From the human T2T-CHM13v2.0 reference genome, Homo sapiens: a stretch of DNA of 64,000 nt. The stretch lies in the NCBI RefSeq assembly GCF_009914755.1, contig NC_060933.1; one strand, written 5' to 3'. The position numbers and the translations under genes were made by a program. Below are positions 27,850-44,414 of the stretch, piece by piece. The notes beneath the pieces are model-generated. The model made no database searches. It was not told the origin of the DNA and saw only the letters and a list, made by a program, of their open reading frames with translations. Positions within the stretch are counted from its first letter, which is position 1, and each line of letters opens with the position of its first letter.

Positions 27850-30250
27850 CCCTCTTTCTCCCTCTCATTCTTGTCTTCCCTTGTCTGAGCCACATAGAGA
27901 GAGCAGACAGAGAGATCCATGGGTGCTAGGTGGTTTTATTGGAAGCACTGCAGTCTGGGAGTTCAGAAGCTATGCTTTCACCACGTTCACCCTTTCACTC
28001 ACATTCACACTCATGTTGACACTCCAGGCCTGGCTGGGTCAGGTCTGGTGCCGAGGAACTAGAGGCCTGGTCTTCCCTTCTGGTCCTTGGTTCCCCAGGC
28101 CAGGGCTGTCTCTGGCACTGTCATGGGCTAACTGCTGTGGCTCTTGCTCTGGGAAAGGAAGGAGAGGAAGGGCCATGGGCTGTAATCTTAGACAGGGCTC
28201 AGAGGGGGCAGACAGGACTGGGGAGGGCCAGGCTTTCCTTGGCAGAGGTCTTCCGCAGTCTCCAGTTTGTGCAATCCATCCAGGGCTGGTCTAGAGGCTG
28301 CCTTTCAGTGTGGTGAATCTGGAGTCAGAGAGAATGGAGCCATAGAACTCATCTTCCTGAAAGGCCCTGGTGTGAGGGGCAGATGCTGGGGACCAGATCT
28401 GGGAACCTGTTTTAGGGGCTTCCTTGTGGGAGGGATTGGGCAAGGAGAAGTGAAGGAAGTAACATGGTGAATGGAGACCTGGATGATGGAGGAAGTGATT
28501 GGGAGGGGAGGAGACTGGACATTCTCCACCCCGACTCATAGGACAAAGTGCCCTGCAGCCATCCCTGAAGAGGAGGTAGCAGAAGGCACCAAAAATGTTC
28601 CCAGGAATTAGGTGTTGATTTGCTAAGAGGCAGAGTCCCCAGAGTTGTTGGTATCTCCCAGAGCTAGGGAGTGAGTATTAGCTTTAGGGCTTAACATGGG
28701 AAGGCCATAGCCCTGACTGGAACTTGGGATATCTGTGTCCAGAGCTTTAGTGTTGCTCTCTACTCCACCCACATGCACTGTTCTCTTCTTCCTCTGGGAA
28801 GTCCAGGCTAGAGAGACAGAGCCTATAAAGAGAAGAGCAGCCAGAGGCTCCAGGACCCATCCAGGCACTGATACATACAGGAACAGCTGGGGTACAGGCA
28901 CATCTACATCACACAGGTGCACACAAAGGGCATAGGCATACCCACACCACACAGGCACACACATAGACTGCAAAGGAATACACACAATGCACAGGTATAC
29001 CCATGTCACACAGGACGTAAAGTCATCACAAGGGCACACCCATTTGGCATATGTACAGTCTCAGGTGCATATCAGTCTCAGGACCTGGATGTTGATATTG
29101 TGAAAGGAGAATAAATCTCAGAACCCCCAAATCATTCAACCAAGGGGAAAGTCAAGCTGGGAATTGTGTCAGGCAAACCTGCCTCTTGTTTTATTCCTAA
29201 AAGAGATAGCTACAAAGAAAAAGCTACATACCTCCCTCACAATTTGTCCACAGGGAAATTCCTTATGGGCCTCAAGATCTTTACCTTAAAACAGTTGTGC
29301 TGAATTTCACCCTGGCAATGTAAACTGATAGCTTATCTTCACAGGTGCAGGACAATAGACAGAACTCAAAGTCATCCCTCTGCTCACCTGAGACAAATGT
29401 GTATCTGATTGCTTCTTCTGCCCTATTTATGCAAAAATGCAGATCCACTGAGCCAGACTAAGGCATCAGTGTGACTATTCCTTTACTCCCCACTCCATGT
29501 AAATTGTGTATTCAGTGAAAGGCTGATCAAAGACCCCCAAAAATGCAGCCTTTTGTCTCTTATCTACCTATGACCTGGAAGCCCCCACTTCGAGTTGTCC
29601 CGCCTTTCCAGACTGAACCAGTGTACACCTTACACGTATTGATTGATGTCTCATGTCTCCCCAAAATGTATAAAACCAAGCTGTGCACCGACCACCTTTA
29701 GCACGTGTTGTCAGAACCTCCTGAGGCTGTATCATGTCATGAGTGTGTGCTCAACCTTGGCAAAATAAACTTTCTAAGTTGATTGAGACCCATCTCAGAT
29801 ACTTTTGGATTCACAACATGAACTCAGCTTCCTTTACAGACCCCTGAGACCTGCACATTGATCCCTGCCATGCCCCTCCGTACCGTTTAACCCCTGCCCC
29901 ATTTTACTCACTCATGGCAAGAAAACCAATATGCTGAGAAGAGGAGTGTTGCCACACACACAAGAGGCCATGGAGGATGAGCAGAGATGGACAAATGAGG
30001 AGAGTCCCTGGGAGCAGCAGGTGTGCATGGGTGTGCAGGAGTCCTTCTGCTTGTGTGGAGTCTGTGAGACTGTGTGTGAGGTTGGATGGGGAGAGCAAGC
30101 AGGAGAGGGATCATGATCATGAGGGCGAGGGAGTCCTTGGAAGACTGAGGGTCCATGAGTGTGTGTGGATCTGTAGGAGGCTGTGGCTGTCTCCTATTTA
30201 TGGCCCCCTAAAACTTTCATTTTCTACGTTCAGAAACTTCCTTCCCTAAT
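27850..30250 (-). pseudogene. Unprocessed CCL19-like chemokine pseudogene (promoter, 4 exons, 3' UTR)
   Basis: Collinear with CCL19: TATA segment ctcctatttatggcc (30191-30205), exon 1 29971-29912, exon 2 28663-28540, exon 3 28318-28238, exon 4 28148-28128, AATAAA 27935-27940. Carries a stop, a frameshift and lost splice donors. Confidence 0.85.
29099..29815 (+). mobile_element. Solo ERV1 LTR (MER4A-like) in intron 1 of the CCL19-like pseudogene
   Basis: TGTGAAAGGAGAATAAATCTC...TTCACA termini, internal AATAAA, imperfect flanking ATAT/ACAT. Confidence 0.75.
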
Positions 30251-30985
30251 GGTGTGTAATAAAGAATTTGACTGCCTTTTGTCCCTGGCTCCTGAGAGGG
30301 AGACTAAACCTTTGGAATTTCCCAAGTAATAGGAGTGTCTTTATTACTCATGAGCCCCTTGGAACACACCTGGGTTTATGCTAAGAGATGAGATGGCTCA
30401 GGTTAGAGGTTGGTCACAGTAAAGACCAACCATGTGATTAGAGAGTTGAGACTTTGGGCCAGGCTGACCTCTGGGGAGGAAGGGGGCGCTGGAGATTGAA
30501 TTCAGGTATGTGGCCAATAATTCAATTATGCTGATGTAAGGAAATCTCAAAAAAAACTCTGGACACCAAAGCTCATAAAACTTTCTGGTTGATGAACACA
30601 TTGATGTCCCAGGAGGCTGATGCACCTTATGTCTCCACAAGGAGAAACCACTGAGAGAAGCTCTGCATTTGAGACCCTCCTAGACTTCATCCTGTGTGTC
30701 TTTTCATTTGGCTGTTTCTGATTTATACCCTTAATAAACTAATTAAACACAGCACTTTCCTGAGTTCTGTGAGTCACTCTAGCAAATTATCAAAACTGAC
30801 GGGTTTTGGGAACTTCTCAGACTTGTAGCCAGTTGGCCAGAAATGTGGGTGGCTTGGAGACCCTACTTGTGGCTGGTATCTAAACTGGGGACAGTCTTGT
30901 TGGGGACCTTTCCCTTAAACCTGTGGAATCTGGTGCTAACTCTACGTGGCTAGTGTCAGAAGTGAATTGCAGTCCATGAGTTGGT
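30250..30985 (+). mobile_element. MER21-like LTR
   Basis: Motifs such as ttcctgagttctgtgag, ctagcaaattatc and gtgtcagaagtgaattg; similar to the element at 55.9-56.8 kb. Confidence 0.55.
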
Positions 30986-32336
30986 AGCAGAATACTTTCC
31001 CACTGGATAGCTCCCCATCGCCTCTCTCTCCCTTTTTGTGGAGGAAACTCTTTTCTCTTTCACAACTCTCCGCAGTAGACTGCACCTGTTTTTCACTTTT
31101 TGGCTTCAGCTCCGAGAATTTCAGCAATAAGCAGTTTGGACAAGGGGAGGAGAGTTTGCACTATTACCATTAGGGGAAGATTTGCAAGGTTTGTGATGTT
31201 GCTCCTTTGGAGGCATTTGAGCCATCAGTCTCAAGGCTGGGAGTCAGGGTTTGGTTCAAGATTAGGGTCAGAGGTAGGAATGTGTCTCCTCCCTAGGTTC
31301 CTCACTGCCAGCTCTTCTCTGTAATACTAAGATACCTGGGAGTAGGAGGAGTGGGAAAGATGGGACATAGCCACCCACTAGATTCCCTGAGGGACAATCA
31401 CAAGAGCAGGGTAAGGATGAGAAGGTCCTCTCCCAGATTCTCCAGACCTCCCTGGGCCTATCACAGTGCCTATATATCCACCATCTGAGATCCATTCCTC
31501 CCTTGGAAAGTGAAGCTAAAGGGAACATTCTTTGGAAGCAGGTTCAGCTCCCCTATCTCTCATCTCTGGACTCTAGGACTTCACCTTCCTGGCCCAGCCA
31601 GCACTGTCCCTCTCCCTTATTGACCCATTTTCCTATGCCCCAGAGCTGAGTTAGAATAGCTGGAGGAGAACTTGGCCTAGAACATGCCCATTCTCTACCG
31701 TGGCCTCCCTATCCTGGGAATTGAGAGGGATTTTTGAGGAGAGGGTTTGGTCTGCTCACAGAGTAACAGGAAAAGAAAGGAATGAGGGAGTCCTGAGAAG
31801 CAGGCTTACTGTGTACTGGTTGCCAATTTGTCTGAGTCCAGTGGGAGAACACATCCAACAAGTTATATGAAATGGATTTATTACTCTCAGGTAGGCAGCA
31901 AGGGAAACAGAATCCCAGGATTAATTGTGAGGCAGCCCCCAAGGCTCAGGAAAGCTGCCCAGGGCAGATGGCTTCATCTGCCTATGCTGCACTTGCACTG
32001 CAGCCAAGGACTCCAGAAAGCAGCCTGCCTTGGGTTTTATACCCCAGGGCAATGTGAATTCCTGGGCTAAAACATTGAAGGATATTGTTTCTGGGGTGGG
32101 ACTAGAAGAGAGCCTGTTCCTTGTCTGTTTCTGTCACCTCTTCCTTATCTCAAGATTTTGCATTCCAAGTGAGAAAGGGAGGAGAACTGGGTCAGTGTAC
32201 GGTCACCCAGAGAACTGTTCTGCCAGACCCAAGAGATAGACCTCTCAGAAGACACTATTGTGGAGTGCTATTCTGTTTCCCATTCCAGATCTAGAGTATA
32301 TAGTGGAGCAGATTTAATTGCCTGTATTTTTCTGCC

Positions 32337-32380
32337 TCATCCATCCATCCATCCATCCATCCATCCATCCATCCATCCAT
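32337..32380. repeat. (CCAT)n tetranucleotide microsatellite
   Basis: About 11 units, directly visible. Confidence 0.95.
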
Positions 32381-33908
32381 GTGTCTATATGTCTACTCAT
32401 CTTTATCTCTTCATCAGCCCATTCTTCCTTCTTTCATCTTTCATTTATTTTTTCATATATTCATTGTGACCTGTTCATCTGTATGTTCAACCATTATTCA
32501 TTTATTGTTTCCCTTCATTTGTTTGTCTCTCAGTTATGGTAATAATTAACATTTATGATACTTAAGTGCCAGGCACCATGCAAAATGCTTTAAATTCATT
32601 GTCTCATGACAAATCTATGAAGTGGATTGCTGTGGGCTGTTTTTGTTCATGCAGACCACTTTTCTACTTTTCTATACCCCTTTTTGTGGTTCCTGTAGGA
32701 AACTCCTTTCCCACTTAACATGGTCTTGGTGGGGCTGTCAGCTACAGTGCTCTGATCAGAGTACCCCTTTTCCTGGCCACTGTGATAGACTGAAGAACTG
32801 AGTATGTATCACAAGTACAGTTAACCAGAGCTTTCTATGAGATTTGATGTTTGGATGCTAGGAGAAAGAGAGTCTCTTTTAGATCAATCAATATAAAAAT
32901 TTAGGCTTAAGGCTTCTAGTGGCCATATTTCTTGCTACTAGAAGAGCACCTGTATCTTAGACCATTTTCTGTTTCTTAACAGAATACCTAAATCTGGGTA
33001 ATTTATAAAGAAAAATAATTTATTTCTTACAGTTATGGAGGCTGAGAAGTCCAAGATTGAGGGGACATACCTGGTGAGATCCTTCTTGCTGGTGGGGACT
33101 CTCTGCAGGGTCGTGAGGTGTGGCACAGGGCATCACATGGTGAGGGGGCTGAGTGTCCTAGCCCGTGTCTTTTCTTAGGAAGCCTCTAGTCCCACACCCA
33201 TAATAACCCATTACTCCATGGATGGATTCATCCATTCATCAAGGCAGAGCCCTCATGACCCAATCACTACTTAAAGGCCCCACCTTTCAATATTGCTACA
33301 TTTGGGATTAAATTTCTTTTATTTATTTTTAATTTGTTATATATTTTTAAGAGACGAAGTCTCACTCTGTCGCCCAGGCTGGAGTGCAGTGGCATGATCA
33401 TGGCTCACTGCAGCCTTGAACTCCTGGTCTCAGCCAGTTCTTCTGCCTCAGCTTCCCAAGTAGCTGCGACTACAGCTACAGGTGTGCACCACCATGCCCA
33501 GCCAGGGATTAAATTTCAGCATGAGTTTTGGAGGGGACAAATATTCAAACCATAGCAACCTGTCTATGACAGGAATGAGATCCCTACACAAAAAGATTAG
33601 TCAGAGCATGGTGGCTCATGCCTGTAATCCCAGCACTTTGGAAGGCCAAGGCGGACAGATCACCTGGGGTCAGAAGTTTGACACCAGCCTAGCCAACCTA
33701 GTGAAATCCTGTCTCTACTAAAAATACAAAAATTAGCCAGTCGTGGTGGCATGTACCTGCAGTCCCAGCTACTCGAGAGATGAGGCAGGAGGATTCTCTA
33801 ACCTGGGAGCGGGAGGTTGCAGTGAGCCGAGATCGTGCCACTGCACTCCGGTCCGGGCTACAGAGCGAGACTCTATTTCAAAAAAAAAAAAGAGAGGAAT
33901 TGAGGTAA

Positions 33909-34118
<210 letters not shown>

Positions 34119-34125
34119 TGAGTAG

Positions 34126-34350
<225 letters not shown>

Positions 34351-37134
34351 TAGCCAGGATGGTCTTGATCTCCTGACCTTGTGATCTGCCTGCCTCGGCC
34401 TCCCAGAGTGCTGGGATTACAGGTGTGAGCCACCGCACCCGGCCAGCCTGGCTAATTTTTGTAGAGACAGAATTTCCCCATGTTGCCCAGGCAGGTGTCA
34501 AATTCCTGAGGTTAAGCAGGCCACCTGCCTCAGCCTCCCAAAGTGCTGGGATTACAGGCGTGAGCCACTGCATCTGGCCTCATACCTAGTTTTGATATAA
34601 CAAATTTAACTTTTTGCTCAAGGTGCTTTGAATTGGGTTTTTGCCGTTTGCAACCGAAAAAGCCCTCAGTAAAAATGACTGTATTATCCCTATTATACAG
34701 ATGGGAAACTAAGACCCAGAAAGGTTAATTTTCCCAAGATTTCCCAGTTTATAATGAGTGGAACACTGGTATTCGGAGCAAAACTCTGCTTTATTACCTG
34801 TATGTGTCCATCTGCCCATCTATCCATCCGTCCATCCCATCCATTTATTTCTCTGACCCTCTTTCAATGCCAAGACACTGAAGACAATTAGTCTTGTTTC
34901 ACTTGCCAACTTCAATTCTGAAGCTGAGTCTGGATCAGGGATTGGTAAACTTTCTGTAAATGTCCAGATAGTAAATATTTAAGATTCTGTGGGCCATACA
35001 GTCTTTGTAGCAACTACTCAGCTTTGCTGTTGCAGCACAAAAGCAGTCATAGATATATTTAAATGAATAAGCATGGCTGTATTCCAATAAAACTCTATTT
35101 ACAGAAACAGGTGGCAGGCTGCATTTGGCCCATGGGCCATAGTTTGCCAATCCTAGTCTGGATCAATGGGGAAGACATATTATGTTTTATTATTGGGAAC
35201 ATGAACAGGGAGTGCCCTTGTGTTTGTACTGTGATTATATGCTTAAACGATTGTAGTGTGTCCTTGGTGTATGTGAGTGATTGGCTGTGTGATTGATTAT
35301 GTGTCTGTGTATGTATGTGTGTGGGTAGAGACACGTAGGTGGGTAAGGGTGTCGGCAATTATGTGTTTGTGTATGGTGTTTTTGTTGTTGTTGTTATTTT
35401 TGTTTTTTGAGACAGGGTCTCGCTCTGTCACTCAGGCTGGAATGCAGTGGCGTGATCTCGGCTCACTGTAACCACCACTGGGCTCAAGCTATCCTCCTAC
35501 CTCCCAAGTAGCTGGGACTACAGGTGCGTGCCACTACACCCCACTAATTTTTTGTATTTTTAGTAGAGATGGGGTTTCACCGTGTTGCCCAGGCTGGTGT
35601 CAAACTCCCGGGCTCAAGTGATCCGCCCGCCTTGGCCTCCCACAGTGCTAGGAGTATAGGTGTGAGCCACTGCGCTGGGCGGGTTTGTTTTCTGGCTGCT
35701 TTTTCAATCCATCTCTTTGTGGTTCTCAATCTGCAAGGGCCTGCAGGGGGCGTCCAGTGCCTAGGGAAAAGGGGCTCCTGGCCTGGACTCTCAACCTCAT
35801 GGGGCCTGCAGAGGGCGTCTAGCATACGGGGAAAATGGAGTGTGTGGTTCCTGGCCTGTGGAAGAGGGGATCTGGCCTAAGTGGGCTGTCATGTCTTGTT
35901 CCAGAAAGGGGCTGGAAATGAGCAAGAAACCAAATTACTCAACTTCTGAAAGTCCCTGATCCTGGGAAGGGGTCTGCTTCACTTCCTATCCTTTTGCGAA
36001 TCCTCTATTCATGTCTGGAGGGTCTCAGTCCAGCTGGAGGGGCAGAGCTTGGCTCTGCAGTCCCAGAGTGTGGGTGGAACATTGCACAGAACTTCTGGAG
36101 GTGATGGGATATCAGGATAGGGGGAAGTCTTGAGCAATAGCATACACCCCTTCCCTGCGTCCTATCCCCTGGAGCTTGAAATAACGCCACTGCCAGGGTT
36201 TCCTCAATAGTTATCTCCTCTATTCCCTGCAGTTTGGGTCACTCTGAACCTCAGGGTGCCTGGGCCTGGGCTGAGCTTGCTTGGGAGAAGCTCAGGAAAC
36301 AAGGGCCCCTGGATGTAAAGCTGAGGGTGACCTCTGCTATGTGGTTGGAGATGGGGAGCCCTGGGGTGTCAGAGGGAAGTAGGGAGGGGAGGCTGCCTGA
36401 AGGAGATAGCTTTGCAAAAAGAACCTCAAGGATGGGTGGGAATGGAGAAAGGACATTCCAGACAGAATGAACAGCAAGCACAAAGGCTCAGAGGAGGGAC
36501 ATAAGAGTTTGTGATTAATCCCAATGTAGGTGGGGCGGGGAAAGGGCTAGTGGTGGGAGAGGCTATATGTGTGTGGGAGGTGGAGTGGGGGAGTTATTTC
36601 TGGTCATATATAATTTTGAAAAATTCCTGAGGAAGGAGCCATGGGGATGGCCAAGCCCAGATGTTGCAACTGCCCTTAGGAAGGAGGCTGAAGTCAGGGC
36701 TGGGCTGTAGTAGCAGGGCTGAAGAAGTGGCGCAGATACCAGAGACATTAAAGAGGTAGAAGTTGGGCTGGGCATGGTGGCTCATGCCTGTAATCCCAGC
36801 ACTTTGGAAGGCCAAGGCAGGTGGATCACTTGAGCCCAGGAGTTCAAGACCAGCCTAGGCACAATGGGGAAACCACATCTCTACAAAAAATACAAAACTT
36901 TGCTGGGCATGGTGGCGGGCCCCTGTAGTCCCAGCTTCTCAGGAGGCTGAGGTGGAGGATCTCTTGAGCCTGGGAAGTTGAGGCTGAAGTGAGCCATGAT
37001 TATGCCACTGCACTCCAGTCTGGGCAACAGAGTGAGACCCTGGAAGAGCCAGGGATGGTGTACAGATCTACTTCTGGGTTCCAGGCTGCAGAGCCAACTG
37101 CCTATTTGGGATTTCCTTGGCTTTCTTACAGATA

Positions 37135-37557
37135 CTGGATTGGGCTGTTTTTGCATTGTTATAAAGAAATACCTGAAACTGGGTAATTTATAAGAAAAAA
37201 GGTTTAGTTGGCTCACAGTTCTGCAAGCAATACAGGAAGCATAACACTGGCATTTGCTTCTGAGGAGGACTCAGGAAGCTTACAATCACGGCAGAAGCTG
37301 AAGGGGGAGCAGGCATCTCATATGGCAGGGGAAGGAGCAAGAGAGAAACAGAGGGAGATGCCACACGCTCTTAAACAGCTAGATCACATGAGAACTCACT
37401 CATTTTCAGGAGGACAGCCCCAAGGGGGTGGGGCTAAGCCCTCCATGAGAAATCCATTCCCGTGATCCAATCACCTCCCGCCAGGCCCTATTTCCAATAC
37501 TGGGGATGACGCTTCAACATGACATTTGGGCAGGGACACATTTCCAAACTATATCAG
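37135..37557 (+). mobile_element. MaLR LTR (MST-type)
   Basis: ataaagaaatacctgaaactgggtaatttataag...ccaaactatatca. Confidence 0.75.
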
Positions 37558-37909
37558 ATACCTTATTCCAAAACCAAACTCCTGATTCTCAACACCTCCC
37601 TCCTAGCTTGTCTTCGTCTTCTCCCCAGTTATCCATCTCAGAAAAGGAAGCCACCATCCCTCCAGGGGCTCAGGCCTGAAGCCTGGTGTCATCCCTGGTT
37701 TTTCCCTTGCCCTTATGCTTCAAATATAATCCATCAGCTCAGCCTCATGTTCTACTTATAAGTCCATATTGGATTCCTCTTCTCTATTCCAACTGCCACC
37801 ACCTAGGTTAGGCCAGCATCATCTCTTTCCTAGACTACTGGAAAAGCCCTCTGACTTCCCCATTCTTTGTACAATTCATTTTTCCTGACTGCTGATAGGG
37901 TCTTTGTAA

Positions 37910-38125
<216 letters not shown>

Positions 38126-38444
38126 TAGAAAGAGGATGTTCTCGATCTCCTGACCTCGTGATCCACCCGCCTGGGCCTCCCAAAATGCTGGGATTACAGG
38201 TGTGAGCCACTTCGCCCAGCCAGTAAACTGTTAATGAGATCATGTTACTCCTCAGATTAAATCTTTCACAGCACTTATAGAACAAAATCCTCACTCCTTC
38301 TTGTGGCCTGCAAAGACTTGGATCCTATGATTCCAGCCTCTGTGTCCTACCTCTTCTTATGCCATCTCCTCCTCGTCCATTGTCCTCTGGCCACACTGGT
38401 CATTCCTCCTTGAATGGCTGGCTTCTTCTCTTTTAGGTGTCCTG

Positions 38445-39505
<1,061 letters not shown>

Positions 39506-40635
39506 CCTGTCTGGTTTGAACCCCCTTCCTGCATAAAAGCCCTACAGGCCAGATACTCACATTCCCAGCCTCTCTTGCATCTAAGAAAGTCCAACCAATC
39601 TGGATGTACCTTCTCAGGGCTGTGAATCAAGTATTAGTGATGCAAAGAAGCAAGGACCATGGGGAATCCATTTTGGTGGTGGCAGTAGAATTGGTGGCAG
39701 TGCCATTGTCTCTCACTTGGCCCTTTGACTCATCAGATCCAGTGGTGTTTGAGGTGTCTGTGGCCAATTACCATGCAGTATGAAGCCCAAGAGCAGGTTG
39801 CTCACATTTCCAGCATGCTTGCTTCTGGGTCATTGTCACCTTTCCCTTAGTCTGCACCTGCAGCCTCATGGAGAGTTCTTGATGACCGTTGACTCATAAG
39901 CCAATTTTTCAGCTGGGTATATATGATTCTGCACAATTTTCTGGAACTAGTTTAGAGTGGATCACTATAGCATTAAGGCCCCATTCAGGGTGATCCTGAA
40001 AGACAGTGGTGGGCGGATCACGAGGTCAGGAGATCGAGACCATCCTGGCCAACATGGTGAAACCCTGTCTCTACTAAAAATACAAAAATTAGCTGGGTGT
40101 GGTGGCGCGTGCCTGTAATTCCAGCTACTCAGGAGGCTGAGGCATGAGAATCGCTTGAACCCAGGAGGCGGAGGTTGCAGTGAGCCGAGATCGCGGCTCT
40201 GCACTCTAGCCTGGTGACAGAGCGAGACGCCTTCTCAAAAAACTTCCATATTGTGGAGAGGACCATGTGCCAGTGAATGGCAGGCAGTTCTAGGAGCTGG
40301 GAGCTTCAGTCCTACAAGCACAACTACCAAAAATAGCAGTGAGTTTGGAAGAGGGCTCTGAGCCTCAGATGAGATTGCAGTGCTGGATGACATCTTGAGT
40401 TCATTTCTTTTATATTTTTAATTTTTATTTTTGCCTGACAGTCCAAATATGTTTGTATGACACCTTGAGTTCAGCCTAGTGAGGCCAAGATCAGAGGACC
40501 CAGTCAACCTAGACCTACACTGTTGGCTCACAGGAGCTGTGAGATAATAAATTTGAGTTATTTTAAGCTGCTAAATTTGTGGTGATTTATTTTACAGCAA
40601 TAGAAAACCAATACAAGGCTGGGTGCAGTGGCTCA

Positions 40636-41320
<685 letters not shown>

Positions 41321-42012
41321 CTACTGACTGTAACTTTTATCCATATTCCCTTCCATGTGAAATGTGTCTATTTTTCTGTTCTTTAACTGACTCCTCTTTT
41401 CTTTTATCCTCCTTTATTGCATTCTTGAATATAGGTTGTTGTGGTGGTATTACTACTACTCAGCAAGATTCTGGTTTTACTTCTCATCTTGGGAGTTACC
41501 ATCAAGACGTTAGGTATGGCTGTGTGACCCACTTTGGCCAATGAAATGTGAACAGAAATGGCATATGTCACTTGTGGACAAAAACATTTAAGCAAGAATT
41601 TCCCTTGCTGTCTTCCTTGACTGGAGCGACCATGGAAGCCTGTGTTGAGATGAAGAGGCTGCCAACAGATCAAAACACTTGAAAACTTGAGCAGCCACAT
41701 GGACTACAACTGTGCTGGAGACTTGCCTGGACCCACAGCAGGCTTGGTATGCATGGGGAATAGAATTTTGTTGTATTACACTCCTCAGATTTGGATGTCA
41801 TTTGTTATTACAGCATTACCTAGCCTATTCTGACCAATCAGGTGTGTTGGTGGTGGTTACCAGGTGTTAGAAAATAGAGATGTAAGATTACAGTAAAACT
41901 GGAGGGGGAAAACATGTCACCCCAATATCTTGGATTTAGAAGCAGATGTTGCTATGGAATGAATTGTGTCCCCCCCCAAATTCGTATGTTAAGTCCTAAC
42001 CCTAAATGTGAC

Positions 42013-43005
<993 letters not shown>

Positions 43006-43020
43006 GCACTTTTTTTTTGA

Positions 43021-43284
<264 letters not shown>

Positions 43285-43939
43285 TGAACCACTGAGCCTG
43301 GCCCATCTTGGCACTTTTGATCGTGGACTTCTAACCTTCAGAACTGTGAGAAAATAAATTTCTGTTGTTTAAGCTACACAGTCTATGGAATTTTGTTATG
43401 ACTACCTGAACAGACTAAGATGGATGTGGTAATTTCTAAGGCTCTGAGTTGTCTGTCTTTCGGGGGGGTGAATTTTTTTTGGCTGTATAAACAAAGGTGA
43501 TATTATGTTAGGTGATACGCTCAATTTTCTAAGAAGTCTAGGGTTTGGGAAGAAGGATGTATGTTGATCTTGGATAGCCATAGTGTGGACTATAGAGATA
43601 TTTATTATTATTATTTTCATTGCCCACAAAGTTAGCCCCTTTCTGTGTTTGAGAAACTTCCTATTATATTACTCTTGGTTACTGGTAGACTTTGCTTTCC
43701 ATCATAGAATCCCCAAAAGTCACATACTAATTTTCCCAGCCCCCTCTGCACTAGGACTTGGACACATGACCTAGGCTTTGCTAATCATAGGACTGTGAAT
43801 AGGAAACTAGTAGTGATGTGAAGGAGTGGGGTTATTAGAGAATCCATTTTTGGTGGTGGTAGCCGTGGTGGTGAAAGTGATGTCTATTTTACAGGGGCAG
43901 CTGTAGCTATGATTCCAGAGGTGGCATCTGGCAGGCTGA

Positions 43940-44414
<475 letters not shown>

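Noticed and set aside
28793-28845. Hydrophobic LAALLFIGSVSLAWTSQ stretch resembling the CCL19 signal peptide
   Set aside because: No ATG or donor in frame, and the positional exon 1 homologue with flanking similarity is at 29912-29971. Probably chance or a minor internal copy.
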